DNA from: Planctomycetota bacterium
Lineage (GTDB): Bacteria; Planctomycetota; JAJSAM01; JAJVHW01
Direction of reading: 5' to 3'
NCBI GenBank assembly: GCA_965248445.1
Contig: CBDFJG010000003.1
Location: 1,504,001-1,568,000 of the forward strand
DNA length: 64,000 nucleotides
In this document: positions 1 through 10,026 of the stretch, piece after piece
Numbering within the stretch: the first letter of the stretch is position 1
Layout: the number at the start of each line of letters is the position of its first letter
Notes under the pieces: generated by a model
The model's database searches: none
What the model was told of the DNA's origin: nothing
What the model saw: the letters and a program-made list of their open reading frames with translations, nothing else
Position numbers and translations under genes: made by a program

Positions 1-192
1 CCGGGACTCTGCCTGGCTGCGCGCCTCGGAGAGCATCTCGGTGTAGCCGCCGATCTCGCCTCCGACGATCGACTTCAACCCCGCCATGAAGTCACGGCCC
101 ACGTGCTTTGCGCGCACCGTGCTGCCCTTGACGATGCCCAGGACCTCGGTGATGCGGTGTCCGGGGACACCCTCTGTCGTGCACACGATCAT
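1..192 (-). CDS. YbjQ/UPF0145 (heavy-metal-binding domain) family protein, runs off the window start
   Basis: Manual translation from ATG at 192: MIVCTTEGVPGHRITEVLGIVKGSTVRAKHVGRDFMAGLKSIVGGEIGGYTEMLSEAR, the typical YbjQ pattern. Confidence 0.85.
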   Translation of the reverse strand, partial: MIVCTTEGVPGHRITEVLGIVKGSTVRAKHVGRDFMAGLKSIVGGEIGGYTEMLSEARSQAESR

Positions 193-202
193 CTCGTCCC
201 TC

Positions 203-652
203 CTAGCTGAACTGTTCGACGATGGACATGATGAACGCGGCGGCGAGGATCGAGTACGCGATCGCCACCGGGACCCACAGAATCTTGATCCCCAGGAGCA
301 TGAAGCCGGTCGGGACGGTCGCCGCGTTCCTCCGCCCCGCCGCGATCTCCGTCGCCACGTTGGTCGCGTCCACGACGCCCCAGATCCACGGGACCACCAG
401 AGCCGCCAGCAGGAAGATCGCGACACCCTTGACCCACTGGCCGTTGTAGACCTGGCCGGTCCCCGGGAGGACCAGAGAGAAGACCGCGGCGAGCCAGGGC
501 TTCTGTGTGACCCGTCCCACACCGCAGCCGCTGCAGAACGAGCACGAGTTGACGGTCGTTGTGCAGATCGCGCAGACGTCCTTGCGGCACGCGATGCACC
601 GCGCGGTGGCCGGCGTGGCGTGGTGGAAGGCGCAGTTCGCGCTCTCGCTCAC
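203..652 (-). CDS. Small membrane protein with an N-terminal B-box-like Cys/His zinc-binding region and TM2/DUF5683-like hydrophobic segments
   Basis: GTG at 652 overlaps the upstream stop; CAFHH..CIAC..VCAIC..CSFCSGC followed by AAVFSLVLPGTGQVYNGQWVKG and TM helices. Confidence 0.65.
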   Translation of the reverse strand: MSESANCAFHHATPATARCIACRKDVCAICTTTVNSCSFCSGCGVGRVTQKPWLAAVFSLVLPGTGQVYNGQWVKGVAIFLLAALVVPWIWGVVDATNVATEIAAGRRNAATVPTGFMLLGIKILWVPVAIAYSILAAAFIMSIVEQFS

Positions 653-1098
653 CGCGGCCGCACCTGGAAGCGCGCGCGGACGAGCGGGTCTTCGCGCCAG
701 ACGCTGGCGCTCTGCGGCACGTACTCGAGATCGATCCGGTCCGCTCCGGGTGCAACGGTCTCTCCGCGCAGCATGGCCGTCAATCCAGCGGTTTCGGCGT
801 CGTCCTCGCTCGGCGCGCTGTCGCAGGATGCGCGCACGACCGGTGTTGCCAGGCCCATCGCAGCGAACGTCGCCACGAGTCCCGCGAGATCCTTCGAGCG
901 GCCCGCGAACGACTGGAGCGCGCGGACCGTCGAGCGTTCCACACCGCCGCCGGCCTGTGACGCGGCTTCGAGCACGCGGGGGAGCAACTCGGAGATGTCG
1001 GCGCCCCAAACGTCGACCCAGCACGCGCCGCCGTCGTCCTCGGGCGGCTCGATCCGGAAACCCCCTTTGAAGGGTGTCTCCCCGGCGTCGCCGCTCAC
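649..1098 (-). CDS. Divergent archease-like (SHS2) protein
   Basis: 149 aa; VDVWGAD...L, LTAMLRGE and C-terminal RARFQV follow the archease layout, but the HTAD and KAVTYH motifs are not recognisable. Confidence 0.4.
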   Translation of the reverse strand: MSGDAGETPFKGGFRIEPPEDDGGACWVDVWGADISELLPRVLEAASQAGGGVERSTVRALQSFAGRSKDLAGLVATFAAMGLATPVVRASCDSAPSEDDAETAGLTAMLRGETVAPGADRIDLEYVPQSASVWREDPLVRARFQVRPR

Positions 1099-1102
1099 GG
1101 AG

Positions 1103-2266
1103 TCAGAGTCCGGTGCCGCCGCTGAGGAGCGCGCGGCTGATGATCATTCGCTGGATCTCGCTCGTGCCCTCGCCGATCTCGTTCAGCTTGGCGTCGCGAT
1201 AGATGCGCTCGACCTCGTACTCGCGCACGTAGCCGTAGCCGCCCATGATCTGGATCGCGGCGTCGGCCGCGCGGGTGCCGGCTTCGCTGGCGAACAGCTT
1301 CGCTATCGACGCCTCTTTCCCGAACGGCAGACCGGCGTCCTTCAGCATCGCGGCGTGATAGACGAGGTGCCGCGCGGCCTCGACGTCTGCGGCGATGTTC
1401 GCGAGCTTGTGCCCGATCTCCTGGTGACCCGAGATCGGCTTGCCGAACGCCTCGCGCTCCTTGGAGTACGCGAGCGCACGCTCCAGGGCGCCGATCGCGC
1501 ATCCCAGTCCGAGTGCACCGATGCTGATGCGTCCGCCTTCGAGCGTTCTCATGAAGCTCGAGAAGCCGTCGCCGATCCGGTCCGGACCGCCGAGCACGGC
1601 GCTCTCCGGAATGCGCATGTCCTCGAAGTGCATCATGCGCGTGTCGGACGCTCGCATGCCGAGCTTCTTCTCGGCCTTCCCGACGACGAGGCCGGGCGTG
1701 CCCTGCTCGACGACGAACGCCGTGATCTCGTTGCGGCCGTTGTCCTGCTTCCCCGTGATCGCTGTGAACACGATCGTGGATGCGTACGAGCCGTTCGTGC
1801 AGTACATCTTCGAACCGTTGACGACGAAGTCCTCGCCATCGCGGTCGGCGACCGACTTGATGCCCTGCGCATCGCTCCCCGCATCCGGCTCCGTGAGGCC
1901 GAACGCGCCGATCGTCTCGCCCGTGGCGAGCGACGGGAGGTACTTCTGCTTCTGCTCCTCGGTGCCGAACGCCATGATCGGCGAGATCGCGAGGCCGACG
2001 TGCGCAGCAACGCCGAGCGCTGTGCTCGCGCAGTGCCGCGAGATCTCCTCCATCAGGATCGCGTTGCTGACGGTGTCGAGGGCGAGGCCGCCGTACTCCT
2101 CGGGAACCGTGATCCCGAGGAAGCCGAGTTCGCCCATCGCTTTCATGTTGTCGAGCGGGAACTCACCCGATGCGTCGATCTCGATCGCCCGCGGCTTGAT
2201 GCGCTCCTCGACGAACTCGCGGATTCCCTCTCGGAGCATCTGGTGGTCTTCGGTCAGGTAGAGCAT
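1103..2266 (-). CDS. Acyl-CoA dehydrogenase (short/branched-chain type)
   Basis: [55 protein letters not shown]. Confidence 0.95.
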   Translation of the reverse strand: MLYLTEDHQMLREGIREFVEERIKPRAIEIDASGEFPLDNMKAMGELGFLGITVPEEYGGLALDTVSNAILMEEISRHCASTALGVAAHVGLAISPIMAFGTEEQKQKYLPSLATGETIGAFGLTEPDAGSDAQGIKSVADRDGEDFVVNGSKMYCTNGSYASTIVFTAITGKQDNGRNEITAFVVEQGTPGLVVGKAEKKLGMRASDTRMMHFEDMRIPESAVLGGPDRIGDGFSSFMRTLEGGRISIGALGLGCAIGALERALAYSKEREAFGKPISGHQEIGHKLANIAADVEAARHLVYHAAMLKDAGLPFGKEASIAKLFASEAGTRAADAAIQIMGGYGYVREYEVERIYRDAKLNEIGEGTSEIQRMIISRALLSGGTGL

Positions 2267-2278
2267 GTCTTCGGTTCC

Positions 2279-3421
2279 CTACCCGAGCATGTGCCTGGAG
2301 ATGACGAGACGCTGGATCTCGGTGGTGCCCTCGTAGATCTCGGTGATGCGCGCATCGCGCATGTACCGCTCCACGGGGAAGTCCTCGAGATAGCCGGCGC
2401 CGCCGTGGATCTGTACCGCCTCGCGAGCGACCCAGTTCGAGCTCTGCGATGCGATCAGCTTCGCTTCGGACGCGGCCAGAGAGTGCTCCTCGCCCGCGTC
2501 CTTCAGAAAGGCCGCACGGAGCGTCATCAGTTCCGCGGCGTCGGTGCGCGCCTGCATCTCCGCGAGTTTCGCGCGGATCGCCCCGAAGTGGCCGATGGGC
2601 TTGCCGAACGCGTGGCGCTCCTTCGCGTACTTCACCGATGCCTCGATGGCCGCGCGCGAGATCCCCACCGCCTGCGACGCGATCCCGATCCGGCCGCCAT
2701 CCAGGATCTTCATGGCGATCGGGAACCCGCGCCCCACTTCGCCGAGCAGGTTGGCGCGGGGAACGCGAACGTCGTCGAACACGATTTCGCAGGTCGACGA
2801 CGCGCGGATGCCGAGCTTCTGCTCCTTCTTGGAGACGCGGAACCCGGGCATCCCCTTCTCGACGACGAGACACGAGATCCCGTGATGCTTCTTCGCCTCG
2901 CGCGACGTGCGGACGAATGCGATCAGGATGTCAGCGTGCGTCGCGCTCGTGACCCAGAGCTTCGTGCCGCTGATCACGAAGTCGTCGCCGTCTTCGCGCG
3001 CGGCGCAGGTGAGCGCCGCGGCGTCCGAACCCGAGCCCGCCTCGGACAGCGAGTACGCACCGAGGTGCTCACCGGACGCGAGTCGCGGCAGGAAGCGCTG
3101 CTTCTGCTCCTCGGTGCCCGCGATCATGATCGCGGCGCAACAGAGTGAGTTGTGCACCGACAGCGTCACGCCGGTCGATGCGCAGGCTCCGTTGACCTCG
3201 ATCAGCGCGAGTGACAGCTCGAGGTTGCCGAGTCCGGCGCCTCCGTACTGCTCCGGCACGACGACCCCGGTGAAGCCGTACTCGGCCGCCTTTTTGAACT
3301 GGTCGATCGGGAAGGTCTCGGTGCGATCCCGTTCGGCGGCGCCCGGCGCGACGTGCGTCTCCGCGAAGTCGCGGGCGGCGTCGCGCACCATCTGCTGCTC
3401 TTCGGTCAGGCGAAAGTCCAT
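2279..3421 (-). CDS. Acyl-CoA dehydrogenase (butyryl-CoA dehydrogenase-like)
   Basis: AYSLSEAGSGSDA, KLGIRASST, QIHGGAGY..RDARITEIYEGTTEIQR. Confidence 0.95.
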   Translation of the reverse strand: MDFRLTEEQQMVRDAARDFAETHVAPGAAERDRTETFPIDQFKKAAEYGFTGVVVPEQYGGAGLGNLELSLALIEVNGACASTGVTLSVHNSLCCAAIMIAGTEEQKQRFLPRLASGEHLGAYSLSEAGSGSDAAALTCAAREDGDDFVISGTKLWVTSATHADILIAFVRTSREAKKHHGISCLVVEKGMPGFRVSKKEQKLGIRASSTCEIVFDDVRVPRANLLGEVGRGFPIAMKILDGGRIGIASQAVGISRAAIEASVKYAKERHAFGKPIGHFGAIRAKLAEMQARTDAAELMTLRAAFLKDAGEEHSLAASEAKLIASQSSNWVAREAVQIHGGAGYLEDFPVERYMRDARITEIYEGTTEIQRLVISRHMLG

Positions 3422-3436
3422 CGAGTCCCCGGCGCG

Positions 3437-4294
3437 TCAGCCGCTGTAATCGTAGAAACCGCGGCCGCTCTTGCGGCCCAGCAATCCCGCGGCCACCATA
3501 CGGCGCAGCAGCGGGCACGGGCGGTACTTCGGGTCGCCCAGCTCGCTGTGCAGCACGTTCAGGATCGACAGGCACACGTCGAGGCCGATGAAGTCCGCGA
3601 GCTGAAGCGGACCCATCGGGTGGTTGCAGCCGAGCTTCATCACGTCGTCGATGGCCCGCTCGTTCGCAACGCCCTCCATGAGCGTGAAGCACGCCTCGTT
3701 GATCATGGGCATCAGGATGCGGTTCGCCACGAAGCCCGGATAGTCGTTCGCCTCGACGGCCGTCTTGCCGAGCGAGTCGACTGCGTCCGTAATCGTCTTC
3801 ATCGTCGCGTCGTTGGTGAGGTGGCCGCGGATGACCTCGACGAGCCGCATGAGCGGGACCGGGTTCATGAAGTGCATGCCGATGACCTGGCCGGGCCGCA
3901 AGGTGGCAGCGCCGATGGTGGTGATCGAGATCGACGACGTGTTCGACGCGAGGATCGTCTCCGTCGCGCAGATCTGATCGAGCTGGCCGAACACGGCGCG
4001 CTTGACGTTCTCGCTCTCGACGATCGCCTCGACCACGAGGTCCATGTCGGCCACCGCATCGATCGAAGTGCTCGTGCTGAGCAGTCCCTTGGCCTGCGCG
4101 ACCGCCTCGTCGGCGTCGCCGCCCTTCTTCGTCGCGATCTTGTGAATCGACTTCTCGATGCGCGCCGTCGCCTTGCCGAGGATCGCGTCGTCCTGATCGA
4201 CGAGGACGACGCTCCGGCCCGTCATCGCGAACACCTGCGCGATGCCGTTGCCCATCGTCCCGGCGCCGATCACGCCCACCTTGTCGATGCTCAT
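3437..4294 (-). CDS. hbd: 3-hydroxybutyryl-CoA dehydrogenase
   Basis: Start trimmed to [54 protein letters not shown]. Confidence 0.95.
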   Translation of the reverse strand: MSIDKVGVIGAGTMGNGIAQVFAMTGRSVVLVDQDDAILGKATARIEKSIHKIATKKGGDADEAVAQAKGLLSTSTSIDAVADMDLVVEAIVESENVKRAVFGQLDQICATETILASNTSSISITTIGAATLRPGQVIGMHFMNPVPLMRLVEVIRGHLTNDATMKTITDAVDSLGKTAVEANDYPGFVANRILMPMINEACFTLMEGVANERAIDDVMKLGCNHPMGPLQLADFIGLDVCLSILNVLHSELGDPKYRPCPLLRRMVAAGLLGRKSGRGFYDYSG

Positions 4295-4361
4295 CTGTTC
4301 TCGTCTCCCCTGACTCGACAGCTGACGCTGTCGATGTGTTTGCTGCTCAGTCTTCCGCGTG

Positions 4362-5543
4362 TCAGGCCATCTCGACGGACAGCGCCACGGCGTTGCCGCC
4401 GCCGAGGCAGAGGCCGGCGACGCCGCTCTTGCCACCCGTATCCGAGAGTGCGGAGAGGAGCGTGCAGATGATGCGTGCTCCCGTCGCGCCGATCGGGTGG
4501 CCGAGCGCAACTGCCCCGCCCCAGATGTTCGTCTTCTCGGCAGGGATCGCCAGCTCGCGGCCGACGGCGATCGACGCGGCGGAGAACGGCTCGTTCAGTT
4601 CGTACAGGTCGTACGAGGACTCCTGCGTGCCGGTCTGCTGCCACAGCTTGTTGACCGCGACCACCGGGGCCATCATCACCCACTCCGGCGCCGTACCAGC
4701 CGTCGCGTAGCTCGTGATCCGCGCGATCGGGTCGATGCCGAGTTCCTTGGCCTTGTCGGCCGAGGCGACAACGACCGCGGCGGCGCCGTCGTTGATCGAC
4801 GAGGCGTTCGCAGCGGTGACCGTGCCTTCCTTGTCGAAGGCCGGGCGCAGCTTCGCGAGCCCGTCCGCGCTGGTGCCGGCGCGCGGGCCCTCGTCCCGGT
4901 CGACGACCGTGACGTTGCCCTTGCGGTCCTTCACCTCGACGGAGACGACTTCCTTGCCGAGTTTCCCGGCATCCCACGCGGCGAGTGCGCGGCGGTGGCT
5001 CTCGGCAGCGAACTCGTCCTGCGCGCGGCGGGTGATCTCGTACTTCTTCGCGACGAGTTCGCCGGTGTTGCCCATGTGGAAGTCGTTGTAGACGTCCCAC
5101 AGACCGTCATGGACCATCGCGTCGACGAGCTGCCCGTGGCCCAGACGCAGTCCGGTGCGCGCCTTGGGGATCATGTAGGGCGCGTTGCTCATCGACTCCA
5201 TGCCGCCCGCGACGATGAGGTCGGCGTCGCCCGCCTTGATGGCCTGCGCGGCGAGCATCACGGACTTCATGCCCGATCCACACACCTTGTTCACCGTGAA
5301 CGAGCCGACGGTCTCGGGGATGCCTGCGCCCATCGCGGACTGTCGCGCCGGGTTCTGACCGACACCTGCCTGCAGCACGTTGCCGAGGATGACCTCTTCG
5401 ACGAGCGCGGGATCGATCTCGCGGCGGCGCAGCGCCTCGGCCACGGCGAACGCGCCCAGCTCCGGTGCGCGGAACTTGGACAGGCCGCCCTGGAACTTGC
5501 CGATCGGCGTCCGGGCGTAGGACAGGATCACGACGTCGCGCAT
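4362..5543 (-). CDS. Acetyl-CoA C-acetyltransferase (thiolase)
   Basis: [30 protein letters not shown] motifs. Confidence 0.95.
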   Translation of the reverse strand: MRDVVILSYARTPIGKFQGGLSKFRAPELGAFAVAEALRRREIDPALVEEVILGNVLQAGVGQNPARQSAMGAGIPETVGSFTVNKVCGSGMKSVMLAAQAIKAGDADLIVAGGMESMSNAPYMIPKARTGLRLGHGQLVDAMVHDGLWDVYNDFHMGNTGELVAKKYEITRRAQDEFAAESHRRALAAWDAGKLGKEVVSVEVKDRKGNVTVVDRDEGPRAGTSADGLAKLRPAFDKEGTVTAANASSINDGAAAVVVASADKAKELGIDPIARITSYATAGTAPEWVMMAPVVAVNKLWQQTGTQESSYDLYELNEPFSAASIAVGRELAIPAEKTNIWGGAVALGHPIGATGARIICTLLSALSDTGGKSGVAGLCLGGGNAVALSVEMA

Positions 5544-5687
5544 GGTGGTCTCCAAAGGGGTCGAACGGACACGTCCAGAGACGCTATCCGCGAACCCCTG
5601 ATCCTATTCCGCCCCAGGCTCGCCCGCGCACGAAACGGCGAGAGGAGGGGCGTGGTGGGCTCGGTCGGTGTCTCGCCGCGGACGCCA

Positions 5688-5716
5688 GCTGTAGGGGCGG
5701 GGTTCCACCCCCCTAC
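5688..5716 (+). repeat. REP-like GTAG repeat, copy 1
   Basis: gctgtaggggcgggg is identical at 5688 and 14376; here it folds back on cccctac. Confidence 0.45.
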
Positions 5717-6258
5717 TCGAGCTGCGTGTGTTGCTTCCGCATGTCCTTTTCGGAGACATCGAGCTTCTTCATCGCCAGGAGCGTGAGGGCGTCGCAGTAG
5801 AGCAAGAGGCTCTGCTCGAAGATCGTGCCCATGGGCTGGCGGCTCTTGCCGCCCTCCTCGACCGCGATCGTGAAGACGTGGTCCGCCTGCTTGGCCAGGG
5901 GCGTCTTGCCGCTCATCGTGATGAGCGCCGCCAGTGCGCCGTGCTCGTGCGCCTTCTCGATGTAGGTGCGCAGCGACCGGGACCGGCCGTAGCGGGAGCA
6001 GCAGATCAGGAGGTCGCCGCGTCCGATCGACGGCGTCGTCGTTTCCCCTACCACGAACACGTTCAGGTTCAGGTGCATCAGGCGCATCGTGAACGCGCGG
6101 GCCATCAGCCCGCTGCGGCCCATGCCGGCGACGAAGACGCGCTTCGCGCGGGCCATGAGCTCGACGAGTGCGTCCATCTCGTCGAGGTCCACCGCGGCCG
6201 CGACGACGGAGAGCTCGGCCAGGACGGCGTCTAGTGGATGGAGCGGATCAGATCCCAA
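5713..6258 (-). CDS. hxlB: 6-phospho-3-hexuloisomerase (SIS domain); start uncertain
   Basis: VFVAGMGRSGLMARAFTMRLMHL..VVGETTTPSI, QPMGTIFEQ, C-terminal HTQLE. Confidence 0.85.
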   Translation of the reverse strand: MGSDPLHPLDAVLAELSVVAAAVDLDEMDALVELMARAKRVFVAGMGRSGLMARAFTMRLMHLNLNVFVVGETTTPSIGRGDLLICCSRYGRSRSLRTYIEKAHEHGALAALITMSGKTPLAKQADHVFTIAVEEGGKSRQPMGTIFEQSLLLYCDALTLLAMKKLDVSEKDMRKQHTQLE

Positions 6259-7106
6259 CGGATCGCCTCGATCGGGAAGACCGGACCCTCCACACACGTC
6301 TTGCCGTAGCGGTACCCGTCCTCATGGCGGTCGGAGCGTAGCGGCACCACACAGCCTGCGCACGCGCCGTATCCGCAGGGCATGCTCTCCTCCGTCGAGA
6401 CCTGGCAGGGGAACTCGAGCCCGTCTTCGCGGGCGCTCTCGACGACCTTTGCCAGGCTCTTGAACATCGGGTTGGGGCCGCAGGCGAGGACCCGGACGCC
6501 CGGAGCGAGCAGCGGCTTCAACAGGTCGGTCACGTACCCGTGGTGCCCGCGACTCCCGTCATCGGTCGCCACCTGGACCTCGCACCCGAGCGCCTCGATG
6601 TCGTCGGCCAGGTAGACGTAGTCCGCGTTGCGGCCGCCGACCAGGTACGTCACCCGCTGCTCCGCGGACCGTTCGCGCAGTACCCGCGCCGTGATGAGAA
6701 AGGGGGCGGCCCCGACCCCGCCGGCAAGCATCACCATGTGCTCCGCGGGGGTGCCAAGGTCGTAGGGATGGCCGAGCGGTCCGAGCACCCCGATCGGCTC
6801 GCCGACCCGGCGCTCGGCCAGCGCCTGCGTGCCCACGCCGATCACGAGCTGTAGGATCACGATGCCGACGGGCTCTCCGCCCTCCCGCACGACGTCGCAG
6901 ACCGAGAAGGCGCGGGACAGCAACGGGTCGTCGGACTGACGGCAGCGCAGCATCACGAACTGACCGGCCTTGGTCCGCCGGGCGACCGCCGGAACGCGGA
7001 TTTCGAGCCTCCAGCAGTCGGGGGCGACGAGGTCGTTGCCCGTCACCACGCCGGTGTGGGCCAGGTCCCCCTCGTTCGGGTACTCGTGCGCGTCGCCGTG
7101 GCCCAT
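6231..7106 (-). CDS. pyrK: Dihydroorotate dehydrogenase electron transfer subunit (FAD/NAD/2Fe-2S)
   Basis: AGQFVML, RAFSV, GPLGHPY, AGGVGAAP, TDDGSRG, ACGPNPM, MPCGYGACAGC..C. Confidence 0.9.
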   Translation of the reverse strand: MGHGDAHEYPNEGDLAHTGVVTGNDLVAPDCWRLEIRVPAVARRTKAGQFVMLRCRQSDDPLLSRAFSVCDVVREGGEPVGIVILQLVIGVGTQALAERRVGEPIGVLGPLGHPYDLGTPAEHMVMLAGGVGAAPFLITARVLRERSAEQRVTYLVGGRNADYVYLADDIEALGCEVQVATDDGSRGHHGYVTDLLKPLLAPGVRVLACGPNPMFKSLAKVVESAREDGLEFPCQVSTEESMPCGYGACAGCVVPLRSDRHEDGYRYGKTCVEGPVFPIEAIRWDLIRSIH

Positions 7107-7120
7107 CGCGGCAATGTAAT

Positions 7121-8173
7121 ATGGACCCTGCGCAGCCGCCGCGGACTCCCCGTCCCGGGTCCCGGGAGGGGGGCGCGGCGGCCAGGGACGGGATCGTGTA
7201 CGAGCGAGCACGCTTCGACCAACAGATCGGTGAGTCCCTCCTGAAGGAGGTTCCCGAGGAGTGGTGCGCCGCCGTGCTCGTCCTGCGCATCGAGGAGGAC
7301 GGCACCGGCACGCTACGTTGCCGGCAAGCCGTGCGCGGTCCGGGCGGCAGCACCTTCCGCCCCGGCCCCGGTACACGCGCGGCCGTGGGTGAGCTGATCG
7401 AACACCTCGCTCTGCGTGACGACGTCTTTCGCGGCGCGAACTACGCGGTTGCTCAACAGGACGGCGAGTCGTCGCTGACGGCGGACTTCACTTACGACGA
7501 CAAGCCGCCGCGCGCATGGAGCCTTCCGTCGCTCGCAGAGAAGTACGCGCTCGTGTCCTGCGCCCGACAGCTCCGCCTCAAGCGGCGGGTGAAGCACGCA
7601 CATCGCGACCTCGACCTGCGCCTCGGCGAGCTGCGCTACCCCGAGATCCAACTCATGCTCCCTGTCCTGCTCATGGGGACGACGTTCGAGAAGGACGCGA
7701 CGTGGCACTGGGGCTGGGTGTCGCGCGACCACCCGCTCGAGCGCTGCATCGACAGCACGGGCGTGCACGAGACCGGTCTGCGCCACGGCGTTCCGGAGTT
7801 GATGTCCGACGTTGTCCCCCTCGACGCGTCGAAGGGTCACATCATGGCGGCCATCACCTCGTCGCTGACGAAGGCCGCCGCGTACGTGCGCGTGTCGGAA
7901 GGAGCGTGCGCGCAGTTCGTGGCGGTGTACGACGACGAACTCGCCGCGGAGCCGCTGTGCACGGCGGAGACCGTCGAGGACGTCCTCCGCGCCACCTTCG
8001 ACACCGGCTGGGTCACCAAGCCGCTGCGCGGCCTCAAGCACGGGATCGCCATGGTGGGCGGCAAGTTCGCGGGCAGTCAGGACGGCGCGTACGTCGGCGA
8101 ACTGGTCGACGGCACGCCGTTCCGCTGCGAGCTCGACGAGCACGGCAAGCTCGCCAAGGTCGTCACGACCTAG
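7121..8173 (+). CDS. Hypothetical protein: immunity-protein-like N-terminus plus DUF6882-like C-terminus
   Basis: 350 aa with good codon bias; DLDLRLGELRY..LMGT..TWHWGW..G.RHGVPEL resembles DUF6882. Confidence 0.55.
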   Translation: MDPAQPPRTPRPGSREGGAAARDGIVYERARFDQQIGESLLKEVPEEWCAAVLVLRIEEDGTGTLRCRQAVRGPGGSTFRPGPGTRAAVGELIEHLALRDDVFRGANYAVAQQDGESSLTADFTYDDKPPRAWSLPSLAEKYALVSCARQLRLKRRVKHAHRDLDLRLGELRYPEIQLMLPVLLMGTTFEKDATWHWGWVSRDHPLERCIDSTGVHETGLRHGVPELMSDVVPLDASKGHIMAAITSSLTKAAAYVRVSEGACAQFVAVYDDELAAEPLCTAETVEDVLRATFDTGWVTKPLRGLKHGIAMVGGKFAGSQDGAYVGELVDGTPFRCELDEHGKLAKVVTT

Positions 8174-8379
8174 AGCGAGGCAGGCGCCGGCGAAGCGGAG
8201 CCCAGCCAGGCTCTAACGGTCCGCTCAGGAGGCGCGCCTGTACCATGGTCAGGGTCCGGCGTGGATCGCCGGGGCATAACGGCTCATCTCGCGCGTCCAA
8301 AGACCCGGGGAGCCGTGGGGCTCCGGTGCACCCGGGGCGAAGCGCGTCCCGGTCGTCGTCGCGACAGGGAGGGAACGCC

Positions 8380-10026
8380 ATGCAGCGCAGCCTGATCAGG
8401 CGCGGAAACTGGATTGGGACGGCCGCCGTGCTGGTGTTTGCGGGGGTTCTCCTCGCGACGCCGTCGACGGCGCGTGCCGAGAAGCACAAGGACGAGCGGC
8501 TCGGCTTCTCGCTCACGTACCCCAAGAAGTGGAAGAAGATGCCGGTCTCGCCGGACGCGAGGTGGCTCGTCGCCGAGTTCCAGTCGCCGCGACCCTACGA
8601 GTCGGTGAATCCCAAGACCGGCGGTTGGGGGGGGTACCACACCCCGAAGATCCAGGTCGTCATCATCCCGAAGTCGGCCGCGGAGAGCCGCGGCGCGACC
8701 GTCAAGGAGACCGATGACGGGGTCGAGGTCGAAAACGAGACGGCATACCGGGACCTCAAGGAGTACCTGGATGCCGCGCTGCGCAGGCAGCGCGGCGGCT
8801 TCCACTTCTCGGACGAGAGCGAGACCGAGATCGACGGTCGAAAGGTGATCAAGTACGAGGTCACGTTCGACAAGCTCGTTGAGGTGCCCCGCCGCGTGAT
8901 CGCCTGGGCGTACGACTACGACGACGCGATCTACGGCGTGATCGGCGACACACTCGTGCCGCACGAGAAGAAGCTGCGACCAAAACTCGAGAAGGCCTTC
9001 AAGTCACTCAAGCTCTTCACACGCACCGGCACGCTGCCGGGCGACGCCACCACGGGTGAAGACATCGCCATAGACGAGGGCCCCGACGACGACCTGACCG
9101 AAGAGGAGCTGAAGGAGCGCCGCGACCGCAAGTTCCTGCGGCAGCTCGACCGCATCACGTCAACCATGGAGGATGATTGGGACGTCAAGGAGATGAAGCA
9201 CTTCACGCTCATCTCCCATGCGGACAAGAAGTACACCAAGACCGTCGGCGAGCACTGCGAAGCGCTCCAGGCGTGGCTGGGGAAGACGTTCGGGTATGTC
9301 GGCAGCGGCTACGTCGGCCCCGTGATCATCCGGATCTGCGCGGATCGGGATGAACACTCCGCGTACATCACCAGCCGCAACTGGCGGACGGACTCGTACG
9401 AGGTGGTGACCTACAAGGACCGGGACGGCTGGTCGGACTGGGCAATGGAGTCGCTCAACCGCGGCGTGTTCGACATCTGGTTGCGCGACAAGAACCAGAG
9501 CTTCAGATTCGGCGCGCCGCGGTGGATCTCCTGGGGGCTCTCGAACTTCGTCGAGCAAGTCCGCACCAAGCGCAGGAAGATCGAATTCCGGGCGGACACG
9601 TGGGACTCCGTCAGGATGAAGAAGCTCCGCCGCGACGACGGACTTCTCACACCGATGTCGTTCTTCACAATGACCAGTGAAGACCTATGGTCGAACTTCG
9701 AGAACTACCAGCAGGCCGAGTTCTTCCTGAACTTCCTCGTGTTGGGACCGGGCTCGAAGGGCGCCTACAAGACGGTGTTCAGTGACTACATCAAGAACCT
9801 CATCGTCTACCTGGATGAAGCTGAAGACGACGAGGCGTTGACGGAGCTCCTCGGGACCGAGGCGAAAACGGAGGAGGAGGAGACCGATCTCTTCCGCAAG
9901 CGCTCCGAGTTCTTCGCCAACCGCGAGGCTGAAATGCTCCAGACGCTGCTGGAGCGCACGTTCCCAGGCTGGACGGACCGCAACTGGAACAAGATGAACT
10001 CCTCTTACGTGAAGAGCCTGAAGTGA
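8380..10026 (+). CDS. Secreted hypothetical protein, degenerate DUF1570/zincin-like
   Basis: RBS ggaggg, signal peptide ending ARA; HFTLISHAD, IRICADRDEH, APRWISWGLSNF; no HEXXH. Confidence 0.7.
   Translation: MQRSLIRRGNWIGTAAVLVFAGVLLATPSTARAEKHKDERLGFSLTYPKKWKKMPVSPDARWLVAEFQSPRPYESVNPKTGGWGGYHTPKIQVVIIPKSAAESRGATVKETDDGVEVENETAYRDLKEYLDAALRRQRGGFHFSDESETEIDGRKVIKYEVTFDKLVEVPRRVIAWAYDYDDAIYGVIGDTLVPHEKKLRPKLEKAFKSLKLFTRTGTLPGDATTGEDIAIDEGPDDDLTEEELKERRDRKFLRQLDRITSTMEDDWDVKEMKHFTLISHADKKYTKTVGEHCEALQAWLGKTFGYVGSGYVGPVIIRICADRDEHSAYITSRNWRTDSYEVVTYKDRDGWSDWAMESLNRGVFDIWLRDKNQSFRFGAPRWISWGLSNFVEQVRTKRRKIEFRADTWDSVRMKKLRRDDGLLTPMSFFTMTSEDLWSNFENYQQAEFFLNFLVLGPGSKGAYKTVFSDYIKNLIVYLDEAEDDEALTELLGTEAKTEEEETDLFRKRSEFFANREAEMLQTLLERTFPGWTDRNWNKMNSSYVKSLK

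Noticed and set aside
86..3148. 1020-aa plus-strand ORF and similar long ORFs (e.g. 15118-17232, 28348-30426, 33179-35404)
   Set aside because: Antisense shadows of real genes in high-GC DNA; Arg/Ala-rich with no motifs
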